Part shown: piece after piece, positions 18,771 to 26,631 of the stretch
Numbering within the stretch: the first letter of the stretch is position 1
How the letters are laid out: the number at the start of each line of letters is the position of its first letter
NCBI GenBank assembly: GCA_028279555.1
Contig: JANQNO010000006.1
Location: 55,837 to 119,836, forward strand
Length of the DNA stretch: 64,000 nucleotides
Source of the DNA: Sphingorhabdus sp.
GTDB lineage: Bacteria; Pseudomonadota; Alphaproteobacteria; Sphingomonadales; Sphingomonadaceae
Direction of reading: 5' to 3'
Position numbers and translations under genes: made by a program
The notes under the pieces: model-generated
What the model was told of the DNA's origin: nothing
The model's database searches: none
The model's input: the letters and a program-made list of their open reading frames with translations, nothing else

Positions 18771-19997
18771 TCACCTCGTTTTCGGCAGGCCGAGCACATG
18801 CTCGCCGATAATATTCTTCTGGATCTCGCTGGTCCCGCCGCCGATGGTGGCGGAAAAGCTGTTCAGATAGGAACGGTGCCAATAGCCGTCATCGACCGCT
18901 TCTTCATCGCCCACATAAAAGGCGGCCTTGCTGCCCTGAAAGCCAAGCGAAAACTCGGTCAGTCTGCGGATCAGCTCGGTACGGGCCAGCTTGTTCATCA
19001 GCGACAGGCCCATTGGCCGATCACGCATCAGCTCCGGCATTCGCCTGCGCTGGTTATTGAGATTGAGCGCCTGAATATCGATCATATAATCGATCAGCTG
19101 GTCCGCCATTACCGGATCATCGAGCACCGGCTTGCCGCCACGCTGCGATGATTTGGCCAGCTCGACAATGGCCATCGCATCCATCTCTTTGACAAAATAG
19201 CCGCCCGGCGCATTGACCTTTGCACCGCGCTCATATTCGAGCGTCTTCATCGCCATCGACCAGCCCTGCCCCTCTTCGCCGACGATTCTGTCGGCTGGAA
19301 TCCGGGCGTCTGTGAAGAAGCATTGGACGAAGCCAAATTCGCCGGTGAGTTTCTGGATACGGCGGGTTTCCACACCGTCGATTTTCATCGGCGCAAGAAA
19401 GAAGGAAAGCCCTGCATATTTACTGGCATCGGGATCGTTGCTGGTGCGCGCCAGCAGGATCATCCAGTCCGCCCGGTCGCCCAGCGAAGTCCATATTTTT
19501 GAACCGTTTATGACATAGTCGCCGCCATCCCTGACGGCCTTGCACTGGACGTTGCCAAGGTCGCTGCCATGTTCGGGTTCGGAAAAACCCTGACACCAGA
19601 TTTCCTCGGCAGTGAGCATGGGTTTGATGAAGCGCCGCTTGTCCTCCTCGCGGCCGACATCGAGGATCAGCGGGCCGGCCCAGCCATTGCCGATGGCGTT
19701 GATCATGATCGGCGCGTCATACTTCTTCATCATGCGCGTGGCGATCCGCTGGAAATCGGGATGCATCCCGCCGCCGCCATATTCGGCTGGCCAGCTCATC
19801 CCGAAATAGCCTGCCTCATAGACCTTGCGTTGCCATTCGCGCAGAAAGTCGAACTGTTCGTCGGTGCTGACTTCCATGAAAGTCAGCGGCAGCATGAAGC
19901 CCGGATCGCGAACGGTATTTTCGGCAAACCAGGCGTCGCATTGCGCTTCGAAATCGGCAAGCTCGTTGGCGGCGGGTTTTGTGGCAGCATCGGCCAT
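18771..19997 (-). CDS. Acyl-CoA dehydrogenase
   Basis: ACAD-fold motifs (QGFSEPEHGSDL, WTSLG, GGTSEIQKNIIGE). RBS aaggag. Confidence 0.9.
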   Translation of the reverse strand: MADAATKPAANELADFEAQCDAWFAENTVRDPGFMLPLTFMEVSTDEQFDFLREWQRKVYEAGYFGMSWPAEYGGGGMHPDFQRIATRMMKKYDAPIMINAIGNGWAGPLILDVGREEDKRRFIKPMLTAEEIWCQGFSEPEHGSDLGNVQCKAVRDGGDYVINGSKIWTSLGDRADWMILLARTSNDPDASKYAGLSFFLAPMKIDGVETRRIQKLTGEFGFVQCFFTDARIPADRIVGEEGQGWSMAMKTLEYERGAKVNAPGGYFVKEMDAMAIVELAKSSQRGGKPVLDDPVMADQLIDYMIDIQALNLNNQRRRMPELMRDRPMGLSLMNKLARTELIRRLTEFSLGFQGSKAAFYVGDEEAVDDGYWHRSYLNSFSATIGGGTSEIQKNIIGEHVLGLPKTR

Positions 19998-20023
19998 CGG
20001 GCGAGTCTCCTTACTCTCGCCTG

Positions 20024-20041
20024 TTTAATTGCGCGATTAAA
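20024..20041. promoter_or_regulatory. 18-bp palindrome tttaattgcgcgattaaa, candidate TetR operator (site 3 of 3)
   Basis: Lies 26 nt upstream of the ACAD start at 19997. Confidence 0.45.
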
Positions 20042-20077
20042 CCACCTTTTGCAAGTCCTTCGAGCCAGTTTTGTGAT

Positions 20078-20117
20078 TTCCAGCGAAGGCTGGAATCTAG
20101 CTTTCGCTGGGGATCAC
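20078..20117. repeat. REP-like element, family B, partial copy
   Basis: ttccagcgaaggctggaatc hairpin plus ctttcgctggggatcac. It overlaps the sortase stop codon. Confidence 0.55.
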
Positions 20118-20716
20118 TTTTTTCTCTCTTCTATTTGTTCGGCATGCACGACATAGCGCATCTTGCCGCCGCGCTGCGAGCCGAATGGATAGCAGGTGGA
20201 TAGCGCCAGCCGGTTCCCGGCCGAATCTTCAGCTATCGCAAATTCATCGGCATCGACAATCTGCGTCGCGGTCACCCGGTAATCACGCATCACGCCGTCG
20301 CTGGCGGCTGCGCGCATGATGTCACCCACTTTCACATGCTGCAGATAGGCAAAATGCGTGTCGCGGTGCGCGGCAATCACGCTCGTTCCCGCCTCCCCGA
20401 TATTGGCGCTGCCGGGCACGAGGGTGGGGCCGGCACGCATGGCCTCCACGGTTCCCGCCGAGAGAATGACATCGGATTTGCCCAGCCTGGGATGGCTGAT
20501 CTTACCTATGGCTTTCATATCGGCGGACGCCCACGGTTTTTCCGCAGCACCATTTTCGATGCCGCGCTCATAGGCGCGTTCGACCAGTATCTGTTTCAGC
20601 TTGGCCTCGATCGGGATGGCGGCGCCCCAAGCCGTGGTTGCGATGCCAAGCGCACATAGAGCGACGCAGGCGGCCCGCAGGGCACGGCAACCATTATTTT
20701 TCCTTGTGTGAATCAT
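20114..20716 (-). CDS. Class GN (proteobacterial) sortase
   Basis: N-terminal membrane anchor, a conserved His region (IAAHRDTHF) and the catalytic LSTCYPF (TLxTC-type) motif. ATG at 20716 is preceded by aaaggaga, and the gene lies immediately downstream of its putative substrate gene. Confidence 0.8.
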   Translation of the reverse strand: MIHTRKNNGCRALRAACVALCALGIATTAWGAAIPIEAKLKQILVERAYERGIENGAAEKPWASADMKAIGKISHPRLGKSDVILSAGTVEAMRAGPTLVPGSANIGEAGTSVIAAHRDTHFAYLQHVKVGDIMRAAASDGVMRDYRVTATQIVDADEFAIAEDSAGNRLALSTCYPFGSQRGGKMRYVVHAEQIEERKK

Positions 20717-20718
20717 GA

Positions 20719-22869
20719 TCAAATCTCCTTTCTGCAGCGAAGAGAAACCAGTCCGAAAATCCCGAGCAGCAGCGCCAGCAGTCCGCCATAGAGGCGGCTG
20801 GCATAGTTGGTCGCGGTCTGCGGCAGTTTGAATTTTTTCGTTGCGATCATCTGCGCGAGCTTGCGCTCATTCGCGATAGCGGCCTGCGCAGTCTTACCGC
20901 CGAACAGATGCTCGAAATCCCATCCCTTTGGGAGGTTGATCGGCAAGTCTTCCTTGCGCAGCGGCGTGCCATCGGGCCGCGATGGCGTTTCATCGACGGC
21001 AACCAGGCTGGTCATCCGGGTCACGATGTGAAAATCGAGACCGATCTGCGTTATCGCCGCATCGGCAGTTTCATAATCGATCTTGTCCAGTATCCGGTCA
21101 GCCTCGATATCGTCGATCCGGCGGCGTGCCCATAATTTGGCGACCGAGGGGCTGGGTATGGCTTTGGTCAGATCGAGCGTCTGCGACCATGCCTTCTTGC
21201 CTATCTTGCCGCTAACCGTGATGGTGCCTTCGAGCCGGTCGCTCCGCCCCAGCAAGACCAGCGGCTCGCCGGCATAGAGATCGGGCAACATCTTGGGTGT
21301 GAGGTCGAAGCTCCCGCCCTTCACGCTCACTTTCAGATCCTGCATGGCGGGGCGGCTGAGCATATCGAGCAGCTTGGCCATCCGGTGCGTTACTTCCTTG
21401 ATGTCACCAATATTGGTGTAGATGCCGCGGCCCATCTCGGCCATCCGGCGCATCAGATAATTGTTGGGGGCGCTGCCTATACCGACGGTGAAAACGCGGC
21501 TGTTCCCTTTGTCGGCACCGATCGCCTCGAGCATTTCCTGCTCATTCGAGATTGCCCCGTCGGTCAGAAAGACAACCTGCCGCACGGCCTTCGCCCGGTC
21601 GGTGATGGCATGGTCAGTCAAAGCGGCCCGAAGCGCGGGTAGCATTTCCGTACCCCCATCGGCTTCCAGCCCTTGGGTGAATGCCTGCGCGGTCTGGATA
21701 TTGTCCGGCGTTGCCGCCACACTCTGTTCGAAGACCAGTTCCATCGTGTCGTCGAAGCGAACAATATTGAAATGATCCTGCGGCCTGAGCGTGCCGAGCG
21801 CATGAAGCAGGCTGGCCTTTGCTTCTTCCATCGACTCGCCCATCATCGATCCCGAATTGTCGATCACGAAGATCATCTCGCGCGGCGGGACGGCGCGTTT
21901 CCTGTCGTCTGCCGGCGGCGTGATCGACGCCATGACATAATGGTTGCCCTCCATCTCCTCGCGGTAGAGCGCCAGGGTCGGAGTGGCCGAAGCAGAGCGC
22001 CAGCTCAGCTCGAAGTCGCGGTCCTGCGGTACCGTGCCTTCGGCGAGCGTGACCATGCGGCGATCATCTTTCCCGGCAACGCTGATCTTGTGATAAAGGC
22101 TGTCGATATTGGCAGGCTTGAAACCGGGCGCGAGATCGACGCTGATCGATACCGGATTGATCTTGCCGTCCTTGGGGTTGGCCACCGGCGCAGCAGTCAC
22201 CGTCTTCGCATCTTCGAGCGCGTCTGCATCGGTGACCGTGTGCGGCGGCACATAGCGCGGTCCCACCACAAGCGGCAGACGCAGCGCGAAATTCCCGTCG
22301 AGCTGTTTCAGGGGCATCTGATATTCGATCGCCACGAGCACAGTTTCACCGGGTCCGATATTGGCGACGCTATTGGTGAACATGTTGGGCCGATGCTGTT
22401 CCACCAGTCCGGCTTTCTTGCCCTCCTCCTTGGCCGTCTCGTAAATCTCGCGCGCTTCTTTGCGCTCCTTGATCTTACCGATAATCACCCGGCTGCCGAC
22501 GGTCATTTTCAGGCTATCGACAGCCGCATTTTCAGGCAGCGGATAAAGATAGATCCCCTCGACCCAGTCATCGGAAACATTGCGAAAGACCTGCGTCACC
22601 CGCACGCGGGCGATATTGCCGCTGACCGAGACCGACATGTCTGTGCCCAGCCGGATAGCGGGAATTTTGTTCGTCCCGTCCTTGCTGCGCAGCATCAACG
22701 TGCCCGACTGCGGCCCCTTTTCTTCGCTTGCCTGAGCGGCATTTTGCGCAAAAGCGGGCGCAGCCATTGTGGCTACGCCCGCAGGAAGCGCCAGCGCCAG
22801 GCTGGCGGCGGATAGAAAGCAGCGGGTCAGGACTGCTTTCGGGGTAGGAACCGACAAAATGCTCGACAT
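20719..22869 (-). CDS. Sortase target protein with VIT and von Willebrand factor A domains and a C-terminal LPQTA sorting signal
   Basis: Signal peptide, then a VIT-like N-terminal region. The VWA MIDAS motif is VIDNSGSM.. The C-terminus is KLPQTATN, followed by a hydrophobic helix (LYGGLLALLLGIFGLVSL) and a basic tail (RCRKEI). Confidence 0.85.
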   Translation of the reverse strand: MSSILSVPTPKAVLTRCFLSAASLALALPAGVATMAAPAFAQNAAQASEEKGPQSGTLMLRSKDGTNKIPAIRLGTDMSVSVSGNIARVRVTQVFRNVSDDWVEGIYLYPLPENAAVDSLKMTVGSRVIIGKIKERKEAREIYETAKEEGKKAGLVEQHRPNMFTNSVANIGPGETVLVAIEYQMPLKQLDGNFALRLPLVVGPRYVPPHTVTDADALEDAKTVTAAPVANPKDGKINPVSISVDLAPGFKPANIDSLYHKISVAGKDDRRMVTLAEGTVPQDRDFELSWRSASATPTLALYREEMEGNHYVMASITPPADDRKRAVPPREMIFVIDNSGSMMGESMEEAKASLLHALGTLRPQDHFNIVRFDDTMELVFEQSVAATPDNIQTAQAFTQGLEADGGTEMLPALRAALTDHAITDRAKAVRQVVFLTDGAISNEQEMLEAIGADKGNSRVFTVGIGSAPNNYLMRRMAEMGRGIYTNIGDIKEVTHRMAKLLDMLSRPAMQDLKVSVKGGSFDLTPKMLPDLYAGEPLVLLGRSDRLEGTITVSGKIGKKAWSQTLDLTKAIPSPSVAKLWARRRIDDIEADRILDKIDYETADAAITQIGLDFHIVTRMTSLVAVDETPSRPDGTPLRKEDLPINLPKGWDFEHLFGGKTAQAAIANERKLAQMIATKKFKLPQTATNYASRLYGGLLALLLGIFGLVSLRCRKEI

Positions 22870-22970
22870 TTCTGCCTCCTCTGTTACACATTTCGTCGCT
22901 TATAATATTCGGCTCGTCGCAGATAGCCACAAGCAAGATCGGCAAATAATCGCCGAAAACCGGCAGCAGA

Positions 22971-23027
22971 TGCGGCTTTGTGCGGAATGCTTGACGCATT
23001 GTGCGGATTTGTGCAGAAATGTGCGCG
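22971..23027. promoter_or_regulatory. Five helically phased TGCGS / TGTGCRS direct repeats upstream of the XRE regulator gene
   Basis: The cores are gaTGCGGct (22971), tgTGCGGaa (22981), tgTGCGGat (23002), tgTGCAGaa (23012) and tgTGCGCga (23022). Spacing is 10, 21, 10 and 10 bp. The array ends 20 nt before the ATG at 23048. Confidence 0.4.
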
Positions 23028-23047
23028 AAACGGCGGAAGGAGAGGGG

Positions 23048-23776
23048 ATGGCAGAGATCGATGCCATGCAGGTTGCGCAGCTGGTGCGCGAAGAGATTGC
23101 TCGCCGCCGGCTATCGCGGCAGCAGCTTGCCGACCAGGCAAAGATCAGCCTTTCTACGCTGGAAAAAGCGCTTGCCGGAAAGCGCCCGTTCACGCTGGCC
23201 ACCATTATCCGGATCGAAGAGGCATTGAACTGCACACTGAGGCCGCAAAATGACATGATGGCCGGCAATGGCGAACTCGCGCCCTTTTATCTCGGTTCCT
23301 ATTCGCATGAGGGAATCAAATGGATCGAGGGCCGGTATCTGACCATCCGCCCGAGTTTCAGCAACCCGGACGAAATCTTCACCTATGTGATCGATATCCG
23401 CTGGAATGCGGCGATGAGCTATCTCGAATTTGCCGAAAAGAAACGCGTGGACGCCAATTTTCAGCAAAGTGGCAGGGTATCGATGCCCAACCTTTCCGGG
23501 CATATCTATCTGGTGACCAACGACAATGGCCAATACCGGCTGATGGTGCTCGGGCGGCCTACGATACAAGGATCGATGCTTGGCATCCTGACCACGCTCC
23601 AGGTCGGCCAGGGGACGCAGCTGGTACCTGTCGCCAGCCCCGTGGCGCTCGTCAAATATGACCAGCTTGAGGAACCTGCGATCGGCCAGGTGCGTTCCAG
23701 TTCGCCGCAACATTCCGAATATCGGGCGATGGTCGACGGTGTGTCGAACAAGGATTATGCGCGCTTTTATGGATGA
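23048..23776 (+). CDS. XRE-family HTH transcriptional regulator with an uncharacterised ~170-aa C-terminal domain
   Basis: N-terminus RRRLSRQQLADQAKISLSTLEKALAGKRPFTLATIIRIEEAL is a Cro/C1-type HTH. ATG at 23048 follows ggaaggagagggg; the upstream part of the track ORF is an extension. Confidence 0.7.
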   Translation: MAEIDAMQVAQLVREEIARRRLSRQQLADQAKISLSTLEKALAGKRPFTLATIIRIEEALNCTLRPQNDMMAGNGELAPFYLGSYSHEGIKWIEGRYLTIRPSFSNPDEIFTYVIDIRWNAAMSYLEFAEKKRVDANFQQSGRVSMPNLSGHIYLVTNDNGQYRLMVLGRPTIQGSMLGILTTLQVGQGTQLVPVASPVALVKYDQLEEPAIGQVRSSSPQHSEYRAMVDGVSNKDYARFYG

Positions 23777-23782
23777 GCTGCC

Positions 23783-24934
23783 TTAGCCGCCCTTTTTGAA
23801 GGGTGCCATTTCACCCAGAAACTCCATATCCCGCTCGACCGCATATTGCTCCCGTTCCAGAAAATCGGCAATCGCCTCGCGAAAACCGGGATCGGCAATA
23901 TGATGCGCACTGTAGGTCGACACGGGAACATATCCGCGCGCGAGCTTGTGCTCGCCTTGAGCGCCTGCCTCGACGCGCGCCAATCCACTCGCAATCGCGA
24001 AATCGATCGCCTGATAATAGCATAGTTCGAAATGCAGGAAGGGTATGTCGCGGTTGCAGCCCCAATAGCGGCCATAAAGACAGTCTGGCCCTGCGACATT
24101 GAGCGCCCCAGCCACAGGCTCGCCGTCTTGGGTCGCCAGAAACAGAACAAGCGCATCACCAAGCGCGACGACCATCCTGTCAAAAAATGCACGCGTCAGA
24201 TAGGGCTGGCCCCATTTGCGCATGCCGGTATCCTGATAAAAATCCCACATGGCATCGACATGGCGAGACTTGATATCTGCACCTTGCAGCGTAGCGATTT
24301 CAATATCTCTCTGCGCAATGCGCCTTTCCTTGCGGATGGCCTTGCGCTTGCGCGAGGACAGCGCGCCGAGAAAATCATCGAAGCTGCTATAGCCATCATT
24401 CGCCCAATGGAACTGACTGCCGGTGCGGATCAGCCAGCCAGCGTCGCTGAAAGCATCGAGCTCGCCCACATCGACAAAGGTTGCATGCGCCGATGAAATG
24501 CCATTCTGCACGCAGATATTTTGCGCAGCGGTGAGCAAATAGCCTGCCATGACGCTATCCTTGGCGAGCAGGCGCGGCCCCGGGACTGGCGAGAATGGCG
24601 CCGATATCTGCAGCTTCGGATAATAGCGTCCGCCAGCGCGCTCATAGGCATCGGCCCAGTGATGGTCGAAAACATATTCGCCCTGGCTATGGCTCTTCAA
24701 ATAGGCAGGCAAAGCCCCAGCAAGCGCGCCATCGCTACCGCGAATGACAATCGGTGTCGGCGACCAGCCGCTTCCCGGCCCCACGCTCCCCGAGTCTTCC
24801 AGCAGCGACAGGAAGGCATGGCTGACAAAGGGATTGCCTGATGGATTGAGCGCATCCCATTCGCCCGCACCCAGTTCGGTGACGGATTTTGCTATTTGTG
24901 CTGTGACGTGATCGCTGTCCATAATGTCGGTCAT
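23783..24934 (-). CDS. GNAT/FemAB-like acyltransferase-fold protein (DUF482/COG3146 type)
   Basis: Recognised by eye from the conserved N-terminus (..EWDAL..NPFVSHAFLSLLEDSGSV..GW.P) and length. Not verified. Confidence 0.6.
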   Translation of the reverse strand: MTDIMDSDHVTAQIAKSVTELGAGEWDALNPSGNPFVSHAFLSLLEDSGSVGPGSGWSPTPIVIRGSDGALAGALPAYLKSHSQGEYVFDHHWADAYERAGGRYYPKLQISAPFSPVPGPRLLAKDSVMAGYLLTAAQNICVQNGISSAHATFVDVGELDAFSDAGWLIRTGSQFHWANDGYSSFDDFLGALSSRKRKAIRKERRIAQRDIEIATLQGADIKSRHVDAMWDFYQDTGMRKWGQPYLTRAFFDRMVVALGDALVLFLATQDGEPVAGALNVAGPDCLYGRYWGCNRDIPFLHFELCYYQAIDFAIASGLARVEAGAQGEHKLARGYVPVSTYSAHHIADPGFREAIADFLEREQYAVERDMEFLGEMAPFKKGG

Positions 24935-24936
24935 GC

Positions 24937-25008
24937 GCTCCTGCGAAGGCAGGAGCCCAGGGTGGCCGTGCGCTGATGTTCCCTGGACTCCGGCCTTCGC
25001 CGGAGAAC
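24937..25008. repeat. REP-like element, family B (gctcctgcgaaggcaggagcccag ... ctggactccggccttcgccggagaac)
   Basis: Two tetraloop hairpins (ctcctgc-gaag-gcaggag and ctccggc-cttc-gccggag) in a 77-bp intergenic gap. Confidence 0.7.
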
Positions 25009-25011
25009 TTT

Positions 25012-25467
25012 TTACCCTTTTACCGCCACCACGGCATCAATCTCCACTGTGGCATCGAGCGGCAATACAGGCACGGCAACCGCGCTGCGGGCATGTCTAC
25101 CTGGCTCGCCAAAAACCGCTTCCATGAGATCCGAGGCACCATTGGCGATTTTGGGCTGTCCGGTGAATTCGGGCACAGAGGCGACAAAAACGCCAAGCTT
25201 GACGATGCGTTCCACCCTGTCGAGCGAACCGAGCGCTTTTTTCATCTGGGCGAGCAGCATGATGCCGCAGGCTTTCGCAGCCTCGATCGCATCTGCTTCG
25301 CTCCTGTTATCGCCGACCTTGCCGGTGATCAATTCGCCGCCAACAAAAGGTAGCTGCCCGGAAATATACAGCATGCCGCCCGCCTCAACTGCGGGCACAT
25401 AGCTGGCGACCGGCGCTGCTGCCTCCGGAAGCGCAATGCCCAATTCTGCAAGTTTGTCCTCGATCAT
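25012..25467 (-). CDS. RidA/YjgF-family reactive-intermediate deaminase
   Basis: MIEDKLAELGIALPE...YISGQLP.. and the C-terminal VEIDAVV. ATG at 25467 overlaps the upstream stop (ATGA). Confidence 0.85.
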   Translation of the reverse strand: MIEDKLAELGIALPEAAAPVASYVPAVEAGGMLYISGQLPFVGGELITGKVGDNRSEADAIEAAKACGIMLLAQMKKALGSLDRVERIVKLGVFVASVPEFTGQPKIANGASDLMEAVFGEPGRHARSAVAVPVLPLDATVEIDAVVAVKG

Positions 25468-26111
25468 GTCTTTTCCTCTTCCTGGATTGGGGCGGCTTTG
25501 CCAGCGAGCAGCTTTTCGCGCAGCCAGCTTTCTGCCGCCGCCCAATCGTCGATGCGGGCATGCGCCGCGCTGGATTTCTTGATATGCTTTGCAATGATCG
25601 GTTCGCCAACCATTTGCAGCCGCCAGACATGCGGGGCATGTTCGGCGATACTGTCATGCTGGTGCCCAAGATCATCGACGAAAACCGCAACGCTCGGTTC
25701 ATATTCCCCCAGCACACGCAGCATTGCTTCGCCCTTGCCGCCCTGATTGGTATAGACTGGAAAATCGATGCCGACGGCCTCGAGTTGCTGCTTTCGCTTC
25801 TCGTTGCGGTGATCCCGCAGATTGGTGAGGATCACCACGTCTGCGATTTCGGCGAGGCGGTTGATGCTCTCCACCGCGCCGTCGATCGCCTGCTGCCGGT
25901 GCATCTCGCTGTCAAAAAACCCTTGCAGCAGCTCCCAGACCTTGCCGCCCTCAACGACTTTGCCTGTGCGCTTGTGCCGCAGCGCATCGACAAATGTGCC
26001 GCTCTCCAGATCGAAGTGAATATGATGTGCTTCGTCGAGCCATTGCTGGAAGGGCACGACCATATGCAGCAGCACCTCGTCGCAATCGGAAATCAGCAGC
26101 GGCCTGCTCAT
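25464..26111 (-). CDS. HAD-superfamily hydrolase-like protein
   Basis: Motif I is LISDCDEVL (DxD). There is a downstream ..FVDD.. acidic motif. Translationally coupled to its neighbours. Confidence 0.55.
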   Translation of the reverse strand: MSRPLLISDCDEVLLHMVVPFQQWLDEAHHIHFDLESGTFVDALRHKRTGKVVEGGKVWELLQGFFDSEMHRQQAIDGAVESINRLAEIADVVILTNLRDHRNEKRKQQLEAVGIDFPVYTNQGGKGEAMLRVLGEYEPSVAVFVDDLGHQHDSIAEHAPHVWRLQMVGEPIIAKHIKKSSAAHARIDDWAAAESWLREKLLAGKAAPIQEEEKT

Positions 26112-26395
26112 GGCGCGTATCCTTCACCCGCCAATTCGCGGCGGGCAGCGACGATCGCTTCAGGGCTGGCATCGATGGCCACGCTGCAGGCGATCAGGTC
26201 GGGTTCATGCGCTTCCAGAAAACTCAGGATCGCGGCCTGCAGATGCCGGTCTGTCACCGCAGCGCGCAACCCGTCCGGCGTCAATCCGGTAAGCGAAAGC
26301 AGCCGCTCGGCGCGCTTTTCCTCCGACAATGCCCAGCCAAGCGCCTGCAAGGCGAGCGTCGAAGCATCGGCGATATTGTCATTTGTATCCTGCAC
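26108..26395 (-). CDS. Small conserved protein (DUF3572-like)
   Basis: Recognised by eye (..ALQALGWALSEE.RAERLLSLTGLTPD.LR). A 4-bp overlap with the next gene suggests real coding. Confidence 0.55.
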   Translation of the reverse strand: MQDTNDNIADASTLALQALGWALSEEKRAERLLSLTGLTPDGLRAAVTDRHLQAAILSFLEAHEPDLIACSVAIDASPEAIVAARRELAGEGYAP

Positions 26396-26477
26396 GCCTC
26401 TCGCTTAATGGATAAGCTGGAGCTTACAAGAGGGCTGTTTGGTTTATCGGAATTTGCTGACGCAAGACGCCGCACTG

Positions 26478-26578
26478 GCCCTCACCCGCAATATAAAGGA
26501 CATTCGGGGAATGTCCGACTTTTGGCCGGCCACCCAACAAGAGTATCCTGAATGGGTTGGCCGGGTGGGGGTGAGGGC
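26478..26578. other. About 100-nt structured intergenic element upstream of the divK-like gene
   Basis: The outer 10-bp inverted repeat gccctcaccc (26478-26487) / gggtgagggc (26569-26578) encloses a perfect 8-bp hairpin ggacattc-ggg-gaatgtcc (26498-26516) and a second G/C-rich region. Confidence 0.3.
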
Positions 26579-26631
26579 TGGCACCGCATGATTTTGTTGG
26601 TTCGACCGGCAAAATCAGATAGGCAACGCGC

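Noticed and set aside
21673-22815. 380-aa plus-strand ORF opposite the sortase-target gene
   Set aside because: It is an antisense shadow. The minus-strand frame carries signal peptide, VIT, VWA and sorting-signal features.
26590-26610. tRNA-like T-arm string (ggttcgaccgg) upstream of the divK-like gene
   Set aside because: No acceptor stem, anticodon arm or CCA context can be built around it. I found no tRNA or rRNA genes in any intergenic region.
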